A stretch of 64,000 nt of DNA from Gemmatimonadota bacterium (GCA_963666735.1 OY762926.1:3872001-3936000), one strand, 5' to 3'. Positions 44,918 to 55,591 are shown, counted from the stretch's first letter. Translations and numbers: made by a program. Notes: generated from the letters alone by a model not told the origin.

Positions 44918-47290
44918 GTGGCCGGGCTCGCGCTCGCCCGAGCCGACGCCGTCGCTTTCCATGCTCCCGCGGCGCTCGCGGCGGGGCTCCTTTGCGTCAT
45001 CGTCGGCCGGGCCGTGCTGCGGGCCGCCCGCCGGGCCCGCCCCGGCCGAGCCGGCGGCATTTCACCGCACGCGACGGTGGGTTTCTCGGTCGTGCTTGCC
45101 GCCCTCGCCGGGTTGCTGGCGGGTCTGCCGAGCGGCACGGCGGCGCTGGGGGCCTGCGTCGCCACGTTGGAGGCGGGCGCGCCGGTCGCGGTGGTCGGCA
45201 CGCTCGCGGACGCGGCGCCGGAACGGCGGGCGGACCGGGATGCCGGCCCGGTCCGGGTGTCGATCCGCGACGTCCACATCGTCTCGGGCGGGCGGATCTG
45301 CCGCCTGGGCGCGGTGCGCGCCTTCCTGCGGCCCGGAGCGGCGCACGAGGCGGGCACGGCGGTGCTCGCCCGGGGCACATGGCGCACGGCGGGCGGGACG
45401 AACCCCGAAGCGGCCCGACCCCGGCTGCCCCGTCCGCCCGCGACGATGGGCTGGATCGGTGGCGCGACGCTGGAGCCGCTGGATGTGCCGGCGAACGCCG
45501 TGGGCCCGCGCGGTCTCCGCCGCTGGATCATCGAGTGGCGCGCCGGGCTGCTCGCCCGGCTCGACGCCCGGCTCGCCCCGGAGCACCGGGCGATCGGCAA
45601 GGCTCTGCTGCTCGCCGACCGCAGCACCCTCGACCCTGTGACGAGAGAGGCGTTCGTCGGGGCCGGGATCATCCACCTGCTCGCGATCTCCGGGCTCCAC
45701 GTCGGCCTGATCGGGGCTTCGCTCTCCTGGCTCATCGGCCTTCGCGTGCGCGGTCCGCGCCGGCTGCTCTACGCCGCCGCCTGTACGAGTGCGTACGTAT
45801 GCCTCATCGGCGCGCCTCCCTCGGCGGTGCGAGCGGCGCTGATGTTCTGGGGCTGGGCGCTCGCCTTCCGCCGGGCGCGCCCTGCGCGCATCAGCGATCT
45901 CGCGGCGCTCGCGGCGACGCTCGCCATTCTGGCCGACCCGCTCATCGTGACCGATCCGGGGTTCCAGCTCTCCTTCGCCGGTTTCACGGGCGTCGTGTTC
46001 GGGGGCCGCGTGCCGCTGCCGCGTTGGCTCTCCGCCCGGCGCCTGCGGGGCATCGGGCGGGCACTCGCCGTGAGTTGCGGCGCCTTCCTCGTCACGGCGC
46101 CCATCGCGGCCTTCCATTTCGACCGCATCGTCATCGCCTCGATCCCGGCCAGCGTGGTGGCGGGCGCGGTGGTGGGTCTCGCGCTTCCCGCCCTCGCGCT
46201 CACGCTGGTCCTGCCGTGGGGTCTCTGGGTGCTGTTCGCCGGCGCCGCGGACGTCGCGCTCGGCTGCCTCGCGGCGATCGCGTCCTTCTTCGCGGGGCTC
46301 CCGCTGAGCTGGGCGGGTCCCGGCCTCGGCCCCCGCGCGTGGGCGGTCGCGGCCGCGCTCGTCGCCCTCGCGCTCGACCGTACGCGCGCCCGGCGCGGCC
46401 TCGGCGTCCTCTCGGTCGGGGCCGTGCTGGCACTCACGGTCGCCTGGCCCCTCGTCAGGGCCGGCCTCGAGCGGGGCACGGCGCTCGTCTGCACCCTCGC
46501 CGTGGGGCAGGGGGACGCCGCCGTGGTGCGGACCGGCGCCGGCCGATGGCTCGTCTTCGACGCGGGCCCGGGCTCGGCCTTCCGGACGGCCGGCACGGCA
46601 TCCGGCCCGCCGATGGCCGACGCGGGAGGCCGCGTCGTCGTGCCCTTCCTGCGCCGCATGGGCGCCCGGACCGTGGAGCTGTTCGCCATCTCCCATCCTC
46701 ACCTCGACCACTACGGCGGCGCGGCCGCGGTGTTCGAGGCCCTGCGGGTCCGCCGTGTGCTCGATCCCGGCGTCCCGGAGCCCAGTTCCTCCTACCTCGC
46801 CTTCCTCGAACGGCTTCAGATGGAGGGCGCCACCTGGCATGCGCCCCGCGCGGGAGACCGTCTCCGCATCGACGATGTCGAACTCGAGATCCTCTGGCCG
46901 GAGGGCCCGGCGGGCTCGGATGCGAACGAAGGCTCCCTCTCCTTCCGTCTCACGGTCGGCGGCTTCCGCTACGTGAACACGGGCGACGCCGGCGTCGAGG
47001 TGGAGCGCGAGATCCTGGAGCACCTTGCGCCGCTCCGTCCGGAGACGGATCTCCTCAAGCTCGGCCACCACGGCAGCCGGACTTCGAGTTCCGTCGAATG
47101 GCTGAGAGCGACGCAACCGGAAATCGCTGTGATCTCGGCGGGGACACGGAACCGGTACGGGCACCCGCACGCCGTGACGCTGGCGCGGCTCGACTCCGCC
47201 CGGGTACCGCGCGTGTGGCGGACGGATCTCCAAGGCTCCCTGTGCGTAGAGGTCGACGCACGCGGATGGAGGATCGCGGACGCGCCTTGA
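44918..47290 (+). CDS. comEC: ComEC/Rec2 DNA uptake channel (true start probably further upstream)
   Basis: HLLAISGLHVG, SAVRA, GFQLSF, VGQGDA, SHPHLDHYGG, HHGS, NRYGHP. Confidence 0.93.
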   Translation: MAGLALARADAVAFHAPAALAAGLLCVIVGRAVLRAARRARPGRAGGISPHATVGFSVVLAALAGLLAGLPSGTAALGACVATLEAGAPVAVVGTLADAAPERRADRDAGPVRVSIRDVHIVSGGRICRLGAVRAFLRPGAAHEAGTAVLARGTWRTAGGTNPEAARPRLPRPPATMGWIGGATLEPLDVPANAVGPRGLRRWIIEWRAGLLARLDARLAPEHRAIGKALLLADRSTLDPVTREAFVGAGIIHLLAISGLHVGLIGASLSWLIGLRVRGPRRLLYAAACTSAYVCLIGAPPSAVRAALMFWGWALAFRRARPARISDLAALAATLAILADPLIVTDPGFQLSFAGFTGVVFGGRVPLPRWLSARRLRGIGRALAVSCGAFLVTAPIAAFHFDRIVIASIPASVVAGAVVGLALPALALTLVLPWGLWVLFAGAADVALGCLAAIASFFAGLPLSWAGPGLGPRAWAVAAALVALALDRTRARRGLGVLSVGAVLALTVAWPLVRAGLERGTALVCTLAVGQGDAAVVRTGAGRWLVFDAGPGSAFRTAGTASGPPMADAGGRVVVPFLRRMGARTVELFAISHPHLDHYGGAAAVFEALRVRRVLDPGVPEPSSSYLAFLERLQMEGATWHAPRAGDRLRIDDVELEILWPEGPAGSDANEGSLSFRLTVGGFRYVNTGDAGVEVEREILEHLAPLRPETDLLKLGHHGSRTSSSVEWLRATQPEIAVISAGTRNRYGHPHAVTLARLDSARVPRVWRTDLQGSLCVEVDARGWRIADAP

Positions 47291-47351
47291 CGCGAAAAAC
47301 CGCCCCTCCGTAACCTCTCAGCCCACCTTCCCCGAGCTCCGCGGAGCCACC

Positions 47352-48353
47352 TTGACCGGATCCATCGTCACCGTCGAGCACTTCATCGCCGAGCAGGAGC
47401 GCGAATATCCCCAGGCCACGGGCGCGCTGACAGACATCCTGCTCCAGATCAGCCTCGCCGCGAAGGTCATCTCCACGGCCGTGAACCGCGCGGGCCTCAT
47501 CGACATCCTCGGCGTGAGCGGGAGCACGAACGTGCATGGCGAGGAAGTGCAGAAGCTGGACGACTACGCGAACGATGTCCTCGTGAGCCTGCTGGCGCGC
47601 TGTGGCAGCCTCAGCGGCATGGTGTCCGAGGAAGAGGAGGGATTTGTCCGCGTCCCCGAATCACGCGACCCCGGACCGTACATCATCGCCTTCGACCCGC
47701 TCGACGGAAGTTCGAACATCGACGTGAACATCTCCGTGGGAACGATCTTCTCCGTCTACCGGAAGCGGAGCGAGGGGCGCAAGGTGCGGAGACGCGACCT
47801 GCTTCAGCCGGGATCCGAACAGGTCGCCGCAGGCTACGTCCTGTACGGCTCCTCCACCATGCTCGTGTTCACGACCGGGGCGGGAGTACACGGCTTCACG
47901 CTCCACCCGGAGATCGGGGAGTTCCTCCTCTCGTACCGGAACCTGCGCATTCCCTCGCCCGGCAAGAACATCTACAGCATCAACGAAGCCTACTTCGACA
48001 AGTGGACGCCGGGTCAGCAGCGGCTCGTGGAGCGGTTCCGCCAGCCTCCCCGCGACGCGCCGTCGTTTTCCGCGCGCTACGTCGGGTCCATGGTCGCGGA
48101 CTTCCACCGCACCCTCCTCCGCGGGGGGATCTTCATGTACCCGGGAACCGTCACCAAGCCGGAGGGGAAGCTGCGCCTGCTGTACGAGGTGGCTCCCATG
48201 GCCATGATCTGCGAGCACGCGGGCGGCCGGGCCACCGATGGTCGGCGGCGCATCCTCGACATCGAACCCGAGGGGCTTCATCACCGCGTGCCGACCTTCC
48301 TGGGCGCCCCCGGCCTCGTGGAGATGGCGGGGCGTTACTTGGCCGAGGACTGA
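47352..48353 (+). CDS. fbp: Fructose-1,6-bisphosphatase class I
   Basis: GEEVQKLD, FDPLDGSSNID, GKLRLLYE. Confidence 0.95.
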   Translation: MTGSIVTVEHFIAEQEREYPQATGALTDILLQISLAAKVISTAVNRAGLIDILGVSGSTNVHGEEVQKLDDYANDVLVSLLARCGSLSGMVSEEEEGFVRVPESRDPGPYIIAFDPLDGSSNIDVNISVGTIFSVYRKRSEGRKVRRRDLLQPGSEQVAAGYVLYGSSTMLVFTTGAGVHGFTLHPEIGEFLLSYRNLRIPSPGKNIYSINEAYFDKWTPGQQRLVERFRQPPRDAPSFSARYVGSMVADFHRTLLRGGIFMYPGTVTKPEGKLRLLYEVAPMAMICEHAGGRATDGRRRILDIEPEGLHHRVPTFLGAPGLVEMAGRYLAED

Positions 48354-48413
48354 CCCCGACGGGAACCCCGGCCCGCCAACCGACCGGGCCGGATGCAAGC
48401 GACGGAGCCGGAT

Positions 48414-48450
48414 GCACGAAAGGGGGCCCGAAGGCCCCCCTCTTTCGTGC
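48414..48450. terminator. Bidirectional terminator hairpin
   Basis: GCACGAAAGGGGGCC-CGAA-GGCCCCCCTCTTTCGTGC between convergent genes. Confidence 0.8.
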
Positions 48451-48502
48451 TCGCCGCGGGAGTCGCCGCTGCCGCAGCTTCCTGCCGCAGCTTCCTACCA
48501 CA

Positions 48503-51500
48503 TCAGAACGAGATCCGCGCCCCGAGCTGAAGCGCCCAGCGCGACAGAATGTTGTCGATCGAGTACACGTCCTCGATGTCGAGCACGCCGTTTTCGTCGA
48601 GGTCGCGCGGCGAGAAACGGACGACCGGCACACCCGTCTCCGAGTCGTAGCGCCGGAAGGACAGGATCGTGGAGGTTCCGAACTGCGTGTAACGCTGCCG
48701 GCCCCACTCGGAGTTCAGGAAGTTTCCGACGTTGATGAAGTCGAGCGTGACCTGGATGTTTCGGCTCCCCGGCCCGGGAAGCGGCACATCTTGCGCGATC
48801 CGCAGGTCGAGGCTGCGCACCCAGGGTTCGCGCGAAGAGTTCCGGCCCACGATCCCGCCGCGGTACTCGTCCAGCCCCGGGATGTCGCTTACGAACGCAT
48901 CCCACGCGGCGAAGTCCATGCAGCCGCGGCAGTCCGTCTCGAAGATCGCGTCATCGGCATCGCCCGGCACGAAGGCCAGGTCGTTGAAGCGCCGCCCGTC
49001 GTTGTTCGCGTCCCCGAAGTAGGTCCAGCTGAAGGGCCGGCCCGCGCGGGCCTCGTAGAACGCCGTGATCGTCGTTCCGACGTTCTCGCTCCACTCGATG
49101 CGCTGCGAGAGCGAAGCGATGATCCGGTGCTTGATCTCGAAGTCCGCCGTTCCCTCGCCGGGGTTGTTCGGGTCGACGCCGATCTCGTTGTACTGGAAGT
49201 TCGAGATCGCGCGGCTGGACTGGCCGCTGTTCACGTCCGTGGCGTCCGTCCACGTGTAGGCGAGACTTCCGAACATGTTCGGAAGGAAGTCGCCGCCGAA
49301 GCGCTTCTGCAACTGCGTCGTGAACTGGATCTGGCGCCCCTGGTTCGTGTTGTCGAGCAGGAAGACGCCGGGCGAGAACTCCCGGTCCACGGGGTCGTCG
49401 GCGAAGAGCACGCGACCATCGCTCGTCCTACCCTCCGGCCGGATGCTGAGATCCTGGTAGAGGATGTCGTTGACGTTCTTCGTGTAGATCCCCTCGACCG
49501 TGAACACGACGCCGTCGCGCAACTCGCGGTCGATCCCGATCGTGGTCCGCCAGGCCTGCGGGAACTTGAAGTCCGTGTCCGTGAGGTCGACTTCCGTCGT
49601 CGCGATCTCGGCGCCGGGTACCGGCACGGGGGTGGGGTCGCCCGTGAACGGCGGCGGGGTGCAGCCCCGCCATGTGGCGCAGTCGATGCGGATGAAGTCC
49701 ATCCCCGTGTTCGAGTACTGGTTCGAGAGCCACACGAAGGGGTTGCGGCCCGTGAAGATGCCGGTTCCGCCCCGGAGCTGCGTCCGTCGGTCCTCGTCCA
49801 GCGCGGCGTTGAACCCGAGCCGCGGCGACCACATGACGTTGCCGCTCGGCACGTCGCTCGTATGCCGTCCGAAGGCGGCGTAGAAGTTCGGGTTCTCGAG
49901 CGGCGCATCGGGCATCGCCATGATGTCCGCGCGCAGCCCCAGCGTGATGTTCAAGCGGTCGCTCAGGTCGATCTGGTCCTGGCCGTAGAGGCCGAACTGC
50001 ATCGCGGACCACGCCGCCCGCGGGAACGGATCCGAGAGCCGTGAGATGGACGCCCGGTACCGGGTCGCCATCCCGTTGCGGAAGTTATCGAGCGCGTTCT
50101 CGCCGTCGAACTCCCACTGCCCGAACGCGTCCTGGATGAAGAGGTTCGAGAACGAGTAGAACTCGTTGTGCGTCCCGAAGGTGAACGTGTGGTCGCCCCG
50201 GAAGAGCGTGAGGTCGTTGGTGATCTCGAACACGTCCTGGTCCAGCGCGTTCTGCTGCGAGAAGCGCTCGATCCCCATGGTCACGCTCTCGCTCTCGCCA
50301 TCGTAGGGCTCGATGTCGACCTCCGGGAAGATCGCAAAGTCGGGGGTCCGCGCGTCGCGCTGACGCTGGTACGAGAGGCGGAACATGTTGGCGGTGGAGG
50401 CGCCCAGCCGGCTGTCGAGCTGGATCACCGTGGAATTGGACACGGCGTCGAACGAATACCCCTGGCCGGGCAGTCCGATCTCGCCCGAGTGCCGGCTGAT
50501 CCCCCGCTGCGAATTGGCGTTCACATGGTTGTGCCGCACGATGAGGTGGTTGCTGTCCGAGAGGTTGAAGTCCAGGCGTGCGAAGAACTTGAGGTCGTCC
50601 GTCTCGCGCTGGAGACTCTCCTCGAAGCCTCCCGGGTTGTAGTTGTAGGCGGAGTTCGCGATATCGATGATGTCGTTGATCGTCCCCAGGTCGACATCGA
50701 TCGTGTTTGTCTGGCTGCTGCCGAGGAGCCCGAGCGCCAGCGGGCGGCTCGACTGCTTGATCTCGCCGCTCGTGAAGAAGTGGATCTTGTCGCGCTGGAT
50801 CGGCCCGCCCGCGCGGAATCCGGCCTGCAGTTCGCTGAAGTCGGTCAGCGGGTTGTCGTCAAGGTTGCCCGTGAAGCCCTGGTTCCGTCCGAAGGCGTAG
50901 CCCGAGGCGTCGAAGTCGTTCGTTCCCGAGCGCGTGACGACGTTGATCGAGCCGCCGGTGAAGCCGCCCTGCCGCACGTCGAAGGGCGCGATCGCGACCT
51001 GGAACTCCTGGACCGCGTCAAGCGAGATCGGCTGCGAGTTGGCCTGGCCGCCGGGGGTGCCGCTGGCCGGGAGGCCGAACACGTCGTTCAGGATCGCGCC
51101 ATCGACGGAGATGTTGTTGAAGCGGTTGTTCTTCCCGCCGATGCTGATCCCGCCGATGTTCTCGCTGCTCCCGATGTTCGTGCCCAGCGCCTGAGGCGTG
51201 AGCCGCGCGAAGTCCTGAATGCTGCGGGCAATCGTCGGAAGGTTCTCGATCTCGCGCGTGGTCACGGTCTGCTGCGGCCCCGTGCGTCCGCTGGAGAGGA
51301 TCGCGCCCCGTTCCGCCGTGACGGTGATTTCGCCCACTTCCACGGCCTCGACGCCGAGCACGAAGTCGATGCGCCGGTTCTCTCCCAGCGCGAGGACGAG
51401 GGCGTCGGCCGACTCGTCTCCGAAACCGATGAGCGAAACGGCGATCGCGTAGGGTCCGCCGACCCGCATGCCCGGGATGTTGAAGCGGCCGTCCACGCGG

Positions 51501-51706
51501 GTGAGCGTCGAATACGACGTCCCGCTGGGGCCGTGCACCGCGGTGACCACGGCGCTGGCGAGCGGCGCGAGATCCTGCCCGGTCACGCGCCCGTTGACGG
51601 CGGCGGTCGTGACGCCCTGGGCGAGCGCCCCGCACGGCGCGAAGAGGCCGCCGAGCGCCGCAAGGGCGGCGAACGCCGCGGCTCGTGGGGAGAGGTTGTA
51701 TTTCAT
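48503..51706 (-). CDS. Oar-like TonB-dependent receptor with CarboxypepD_reg-like N-domain
   Basis: Signal peptide; NNISVDG, DAVQEFQV, GGSINVVTRSGTN; C-terminal QLGARISF; AGGAG RBS before MKYNL. Confidence 0.92.
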   Translation of the reverse strand: MKYNLSPRAAAFAALAALGGLFAPCGALAQGVTTAAVNGRVTGQDLAPLASAVVTAVHGPSGTSYSTLTRVDGRFNIPGMRVGGPYAIAVSLIGFGDESADALVLALGENRRIDFVLGVEAVEVGEITVTAERGAILSSGRTGPQQTVTTREIENLPTIARSIQDFARLTPQALGTNIGSSENIGGISIGGKNNRFNNISVDGAILNDVFGLPASGTPGGQANSQPISLDAVQEFQVAIAPFDVRQGGFTGGSINVVTRSGTNDFDASGYAFGRNQGFTGNLDDNPLTDFSELQAGFRAGGPIQRDKIHFFTSGEIKQSSRPLALGLLGSSQTNTIDVDLGTINDIIDIANSAYNYNPGGFEESLQRETDDLKFFARLDFNLSDSNHLIVRHNHVNANSQRGISRHSGEIGLPGQGYSFDAVSNSTVIQLDSRLGASTANMFRLSYQRQRDARTPDFAIFPEVDIEPYDGESESVTMGIERFSQQNALDQDVFEITNDLTLFRGDHTFTFGTHNEFYSFSNLFIQDAFGQWEFDGENALDNFRNGMATRYRASISRLSDPFPRAAWSAMQFGLYGQDQIDLSDRLNITLGLRADIMAMPDAPLENPNFYAAFGRHTSDVPSGNVMWSPRLGFNAALDEDRRTQLRGGTGIFTGRNPFVWLSNQYSNTGMDFIRIDCATWRGCTPPPFTGDPTPVPVPGAEIATTEVDLTDTDFKFPQAWRTTIGIDRELRDGVVFTVEGIYTKNVNDILYQDLSIRPEGRTSDGRVLFADDPVDREFSPGVFLLDNTNQGRQIQFTTQLQKRFGGDFLPNMFGSLAYTWTDATDVNSGQSSRAISNFQYNEIGVDPNNPGEGTADFEIKHRIIASLSQRIEWSENVGTTITAFYEARAGRPFSWTYFGDANNDGRRFNDLAFVPGDADDAIFETDCRGCMDFAAWDAFVSDIPGLDEYRGGIVGRNSSREPWVRSLDLRIAQDVPLPGPGSRNIQVTLDFINVGNFLNSEWGRQRYTQFGTSTILSFRRYDSETGVPVVRFSPRDLDENGVLDIEDVYSIDNILSRWALQLGARISF

Positions 51707-51847
51707 GGCATGCTCCTGCTTGAAAGAGGACGAATCCGGGCTCGGTGCGCCCGGGATCAAGCTACCTAAAACCACGCGCAACATCGCGTTCGAATGTAAC
51801 GACGGCCGGCGGTTTGCGTAACGGGTGCAGAGCGCCGAACGGGCACG

Positions 51848-53092
51848 CTATTCGTACCTCAGCGACTCCACCGGATCGAGCCGGGCCGCCTTGCGGGCCG
51901 GGAGGATCCCCGCCACCAGACCGATGGCCATGAGGATCCCCGCGCACACCGCCGCGATGGGGACGGAGAGCTTCGGGTTCACGATGTATTGCATGGCCGG
52001 ATCGTCGATCGGCATCGCATCGACGCCGGCCACGAGGAGCGCCGCGATGCCGAGCCCCGCGAGGCCCCCGCCGACGGCGATGAGGATCGCTTCGAAGAGG
52101 AACTGGCTCACGATGTGCCGTTTCCTCGCGCCGACGGCGAGCTTGACGCCGATCTCCCGCGTCCGCTCCCGCACCACGACGTACATGATGTTCGCGACTC
52201 CGACCCCGGCCACGATCAGCGTGAAGGCGCCCACCAGTCCAAGGAAAATCTGGATCCCGAGGCCGATCCGGCCCACGATCCTTTCGTCCTCGATGAAGTC
52301 CCAGATCGCAAGCGCCCGTTCGTCCGCCGCGGCGAAGCTGTACCGGCCGCCGAGCACCCGGTACAGCTCCTGCTTGGCGATGGCCGCGTCCTGCACGTCA
52401 CGCGGCCGCAGAAGCAGGTGGTTCACGAAATCCTGCCCGTAGATGCTCCGGAACGTGGAGGCCGGGATCACGGCCCGGTCCTCGTCCGGCCCGTTGTTGC
52501 TCGAGTCCTGGAACTTCGACTCCATCACGCCGATCACGCGGAACGGAAGTCCGTCCAGCGTCACCGTGCGCCCCGCGGGCGGCGCATCGCCGAACAGGCG
52601 CTGGGCGATGCCGTCTCCGAGGAACAGTACGCGCCGCTTCTCGTCGATGTCGCGCTGGTTGATGAACCGGCCGCCCGGAGCGGGGAACATGCGCCGCAAC
52701 TCGGAGAAGACAGGGTTCACGCCCTCCATGTAGGTCGTCGTCTGGTTCTCCCCCACCTTCAGGTACGTCCGGCCCCGGCCGTAGGAGGGACTGCCCATCT
52801 CGAACTCCGGCACCGCGCGCAGAAGCAGGTCGAGATCTTCCTCCCGCAGCCGGATTCGCCGTCCCTTCGACAGCCCTTCGTGCTCCACGCTCGTCTGGCC
52901 GCCGTAGACCATGAAGATGCGTTCGCCGGCGTTGAGCAGCCCCGCCGAGAACTGGTTCCGGAGCCCCTGTCCGAACGCGAGCAGGAGCACGATCGAGATC
53001 GTCCCCCACACCACGGCGAAGATCGTGAGGAAGGCGCGGGTCTTCTGGGCCCGCAGGTCGCCGAGGAACTCTTCGAGGAGGATCTTCCACAT
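51848..53092 (-). CDS. MacB/FtsX-like ABC permease
   Basis: GVANIMYVVVRERTREIGVKLAVGA, PARKAARLDPVESLRYE. Confidence 0.92.
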   Translation of the reverse strand: MWKILLEEFLGDLRAQKTRAFLTIFAVVWGTISIVLLLAFGQGLRNQFSAGLLNAGERIFMVYGGQTSVEHEGLSKGRRIRLREEDLDLLLRAVPEFEMGSPSYGRGRTYLKVGENQTTTYMEGVNPVFSELRRMFPAPGGRFINQRDIDEKRRVLFLGDGIAQRLFGDAPPAGRTVTLDGLPFRVIGVMESKFQDSSNNGPDEDRAVIPASTFRSIYGQDFVNHLLLRPRDVQDAAIAKQELYRVLGGRYSFAAADERALAIWDFIEDERIVGRIGLGIQIFLGLVGAFTLIVAGVGVANIMYVVVRERTREIGVKLAVGARKRHIVSQFLFEAILIAVGGGLAGLGIAALLVAGVDAMPIDDPAMQYIVNPKLSVPIAAVCAGILMAIGLVAGILPARKAARLDPVESLRYE

Positions 53093-53145
53093 GAGTCAGA
53101 CCGTTGGCGGAGGGAGGGCCGCCGACCGCCCGTCGGCGAACCCGG

Positions 53146-54378
53146 CTAGTCGCGCAGACATTCGACGGGGTCGAGCGCCGCGGCGCGGCGGGCGGGGAAG
53201 AACCCGGCCAGCATCGCGATGGACGCGAGCAGCGCCATGGTCACCGCGGCCACCTGCAGCGAGATCGCCGGCGTCCCGACGAACTCCTGCATCGGGACCA
53301 GCGACATGAGTTTCACGATTCCGAGGGAGACGACGACGCCGAGCGCCGCGCCCGCGACCACGATGAGCATGCTCTCGGTGAGGAACTGCCACATGATGGA
53401 GCGCCGGGTGGCGCCGAGCGAGCGCTTGATCCCGATCTCGTTCGTCCGCTCGCGCACCACGATGTACATGATGTTCGCGACCCCGATCCCGCCCACGCTG
53501 AGCGTGAAGCTGCCGACGATCGCGAAGAAGATCTTGAACCCGAGGAAGAGGAACCCGAACATCCGTTCCCACCCGGCCGTGTCCCACACGCCCAGCGCGT
53601 CGTCATCCCCGGGGTTGAAGCGGTATTTCGCTCCAAGGACCTCGTAGACCCGCGCCTCCACGGCCTCCGTCCGCGCCGCGTCCGCGGTCCGGTAGACGAG
53701 GTTGGAGACGAAGCGCGAGCCGAACAGGGCCGCGTGCGTGCCGGCCGGGATGAACACGCGGTCTTCGTCCCGCGAGTTGTACGACGAGTTCTGGATCTTT
53801 GGCTGGAGCACGCCGATCACGGTGAAGGGCGAATCGCCGATCCGAACCTGCTCGCCGACGGGGTCCGCGTCCCCGAACAGGACGCGGGCGACTTCGTCGC
53901 CGAGAAACACGACGCGTCGCCGCTCCCGCTGGTCCCGCTCGTTGATGAAGCGGCCGCCCGGGAGCGGAAAGATGTTCCGCATCTCGCCGTAGATGGGGTA
54001 GATGCCGGTGATGTTCGGGTTCACTCCGTTGCGGCCGTAGCGGACGGGCGCCGCCCGCGTGGAGTACTCCGGGCTGATCATCGTGATGTCGGGGATCCGC
54101 CGGGCGAGAGTCTCCGCGTCCGCCTCCCGCAGCCGGATCGACCGCCCCTCCCGGAACCCGGCGTGAGGCATCGTCGTGCGTCCGCCGAAGAGGATGACGA
54201 TCCGGTCGCCCAGCCCGTGAAACCGCTTGATCGTCTGCCGCTCGAGCCCGACGGAGAAGGCGAGCAGCACGACGACGGCCACGGTGCCCCAGGTGATGCC
54301 GAGCACCGTGAGCGTGGTCCTGACGCGCTGGGCCGACAGATCGGCCCACAACTGCCGTGCGGCGTCGAGCAATCTCAC
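53146..54378 (-). CDS. MacB/FtsX-like ABC permease
   Basis: GIGVANIMYIVVRERTNEIG, PARRAAALDPVECLR. Confidence 0.92.
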   Translation of the reverse strand: MRLLDAARQLWADLSAQRVRTTLTVLGITWGTVAVVVLLAFSVGLERQTIKRFHGLGDRIVILFGGRTTMPHAGFREGRSIRLREADAETLARRIPDITMISPEYSTRAAPVRYGRNGVNPNITGIYPIYGEMRNIFPLPGGRFINERDQRERRRVVFLGDEVARVLFGDADPVGEQVRIGDSPFTVIGVLQPKIQNSSYNSRDEDRVFIPAGTHAALFGSRFVSNLVYRTADAARTEAVEARVYEVLGAKYRFNPGDDDALGVWDTAGWERMFGFLFLGFKIFFAIVGSFTLSVGGIGVANIMYIVVRERTNEIGIKRSLGATRRSIMWQFLTESMLIVVAGAALGVVVSLGIVKLMSLVPMQEFVGTPAISLQVAAVTMALLASIAMLAGFFPARRAAALDPVECLRD

Positions 54379-54411
54379 CGGTCGCCGGCCTCGCCCGCCG
54401 TCACTCGGCGG

Positions 54412-55506
54412 CTACGTGATCTCGCGTCGCGGGGGCTCCAGCACGCGCTCGCCCTCCGCCAGTCCGTCCAGCACCTCGACGCTGATGCCGTCGCTCAGTC
54501 CGGTGCGGATCTCGCGTTCCTCCGTCTCCTCGGGTCCCAGCCGAACCGTGACGAGCGTGCGCTCGTCCTCGAACCGGACCAGGCGCTCCGGGATGACCAG
54601 CACGTCCGAACGGCGCTCGATGATCACGTGCGCGTTGGCGGAATAACCCGCCCGCAGCGCCGCGCCGTCCACCGGAACCACCGCGATCTCGACCGGGAAG
54701 AGCGTCGCGTTCTCCTCGTCGCGGCCCTTGAGCGAGATCTTCGTCAGCCGGCCCTCGATGCGCGCGTCCGGGAGCGCGCCGATCGTGATCTCCACCGGCA
54801 TGCCCTCGGTCAGCCGCCCCACGTCGATCTCATCCACCGTGCCGCGGAAGAGCAGTTCGTCCATCTCCGCCATCGTCATGAGGGCGGTCCCTTCCTGGAA
54901 CGTCGTCAGCGGGACGACGGGATCGCCGATCTCGACCATCTTCTCGAGGATGAAGCCCTGGATCGGGGAGGTGATGACCGTCTCGACGGCTTCGTCGCCG
55001 ATGGTCACGCGGCCCTCGGAGAGGAGGGCCAGCCGTTCCGTCGCGATCTGGACCTGGAGCGAAGCTTCGTCGAACTGCCGGGCCACGGTCTCGTACTCCT
55101 CCTCGGACACGAAGCCGCGGCCGCGCAGCGCGGAGAGCCGGTCGCGCTGTCTCACGAGTTGCTGGAGTTCGATGTCCCGGAGTTCCACGTTGCGCCGGGC
55201 CTCGACGAGCTCGATCGGGGTGGGGTTGGGCTGGACCTCGACGAGGGGCTGGCCCCGCCGGACGTACTCGCCGGGCTCCTTGAACATCCGCCGCACGACG
55301 CCCGCGAGCTGCGACTTCACGCTCACTTCCACCAGCGGCTCGATGCGTCCCACGGCGAGCGCCCGGTCCACGATCTCGCCGCGCTCCACGGCCACGGTGC
55401 CGGTCTCGCCATCTTCGCTGCCCCCGGCGCTCGATACCGCGAACGCCGTCGCTCCGAGCCCGCCGATCACCACCGTGCAGGCCAGTATCTTCGTGCCTCG
55501 CTTCAT
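54412..55506 (-). CDS. MacA-like periplasmic adaptor subunit
   Basis: N-terminal anchor; VKSQLAG, ITSPIQG, VDEIDVG, GLSDG, GLAEGE. Confidence 0.9.
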   Translation of the reverse strand: MKRGTKILACTVVIGGLGATAFAVSSAGGSEDGETGTVAVERGEIVDRALAVGRIEPLVEVSVKSQLAGVVRRMFKEPGEYVRRGQPLVEVQPNPTPIELVEARRNVELRDIELQQLVRQRDRLSALRGRGFVSEEEYETVARQFDEASLQVQIATERLALLSEGRVTIGDEAVETVITSPIQGFILEKMVEIGDPVVPLTTFQEGTALMTMAEMDELLFRGTVDEIDVGRLTEGMPVEITIGALPDARIEGRLTKISLKGRDEENATLFPVEIAVVPVDGAALRAGYSANAHVIIERRSDVLVIPERLVRFEDERTLVTVRLGPEETEEREIRTGLSDGISVEVLDGLAEGERVLEPPRREIT

Positions 55507-55543
55507 GCGAACCCGCACTCCTCCGCCGGGAATGAAACACGTC

Positions 55544-55578
55544 GGCCGTCCGCCCCGCCGGCCGCGGGGCGGACGGCC
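55544..55578 (-). terminator. Perfect 15-bp GC hairpin after the 5'-nucleotidase gene
   Basis: GGCCGTCCGCCCCGC-CGGCC-GCGGGGCGGACGGCC. Confidence 0.6.
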
Positions 55579-55591
55579 CTACGCGTGGGCC

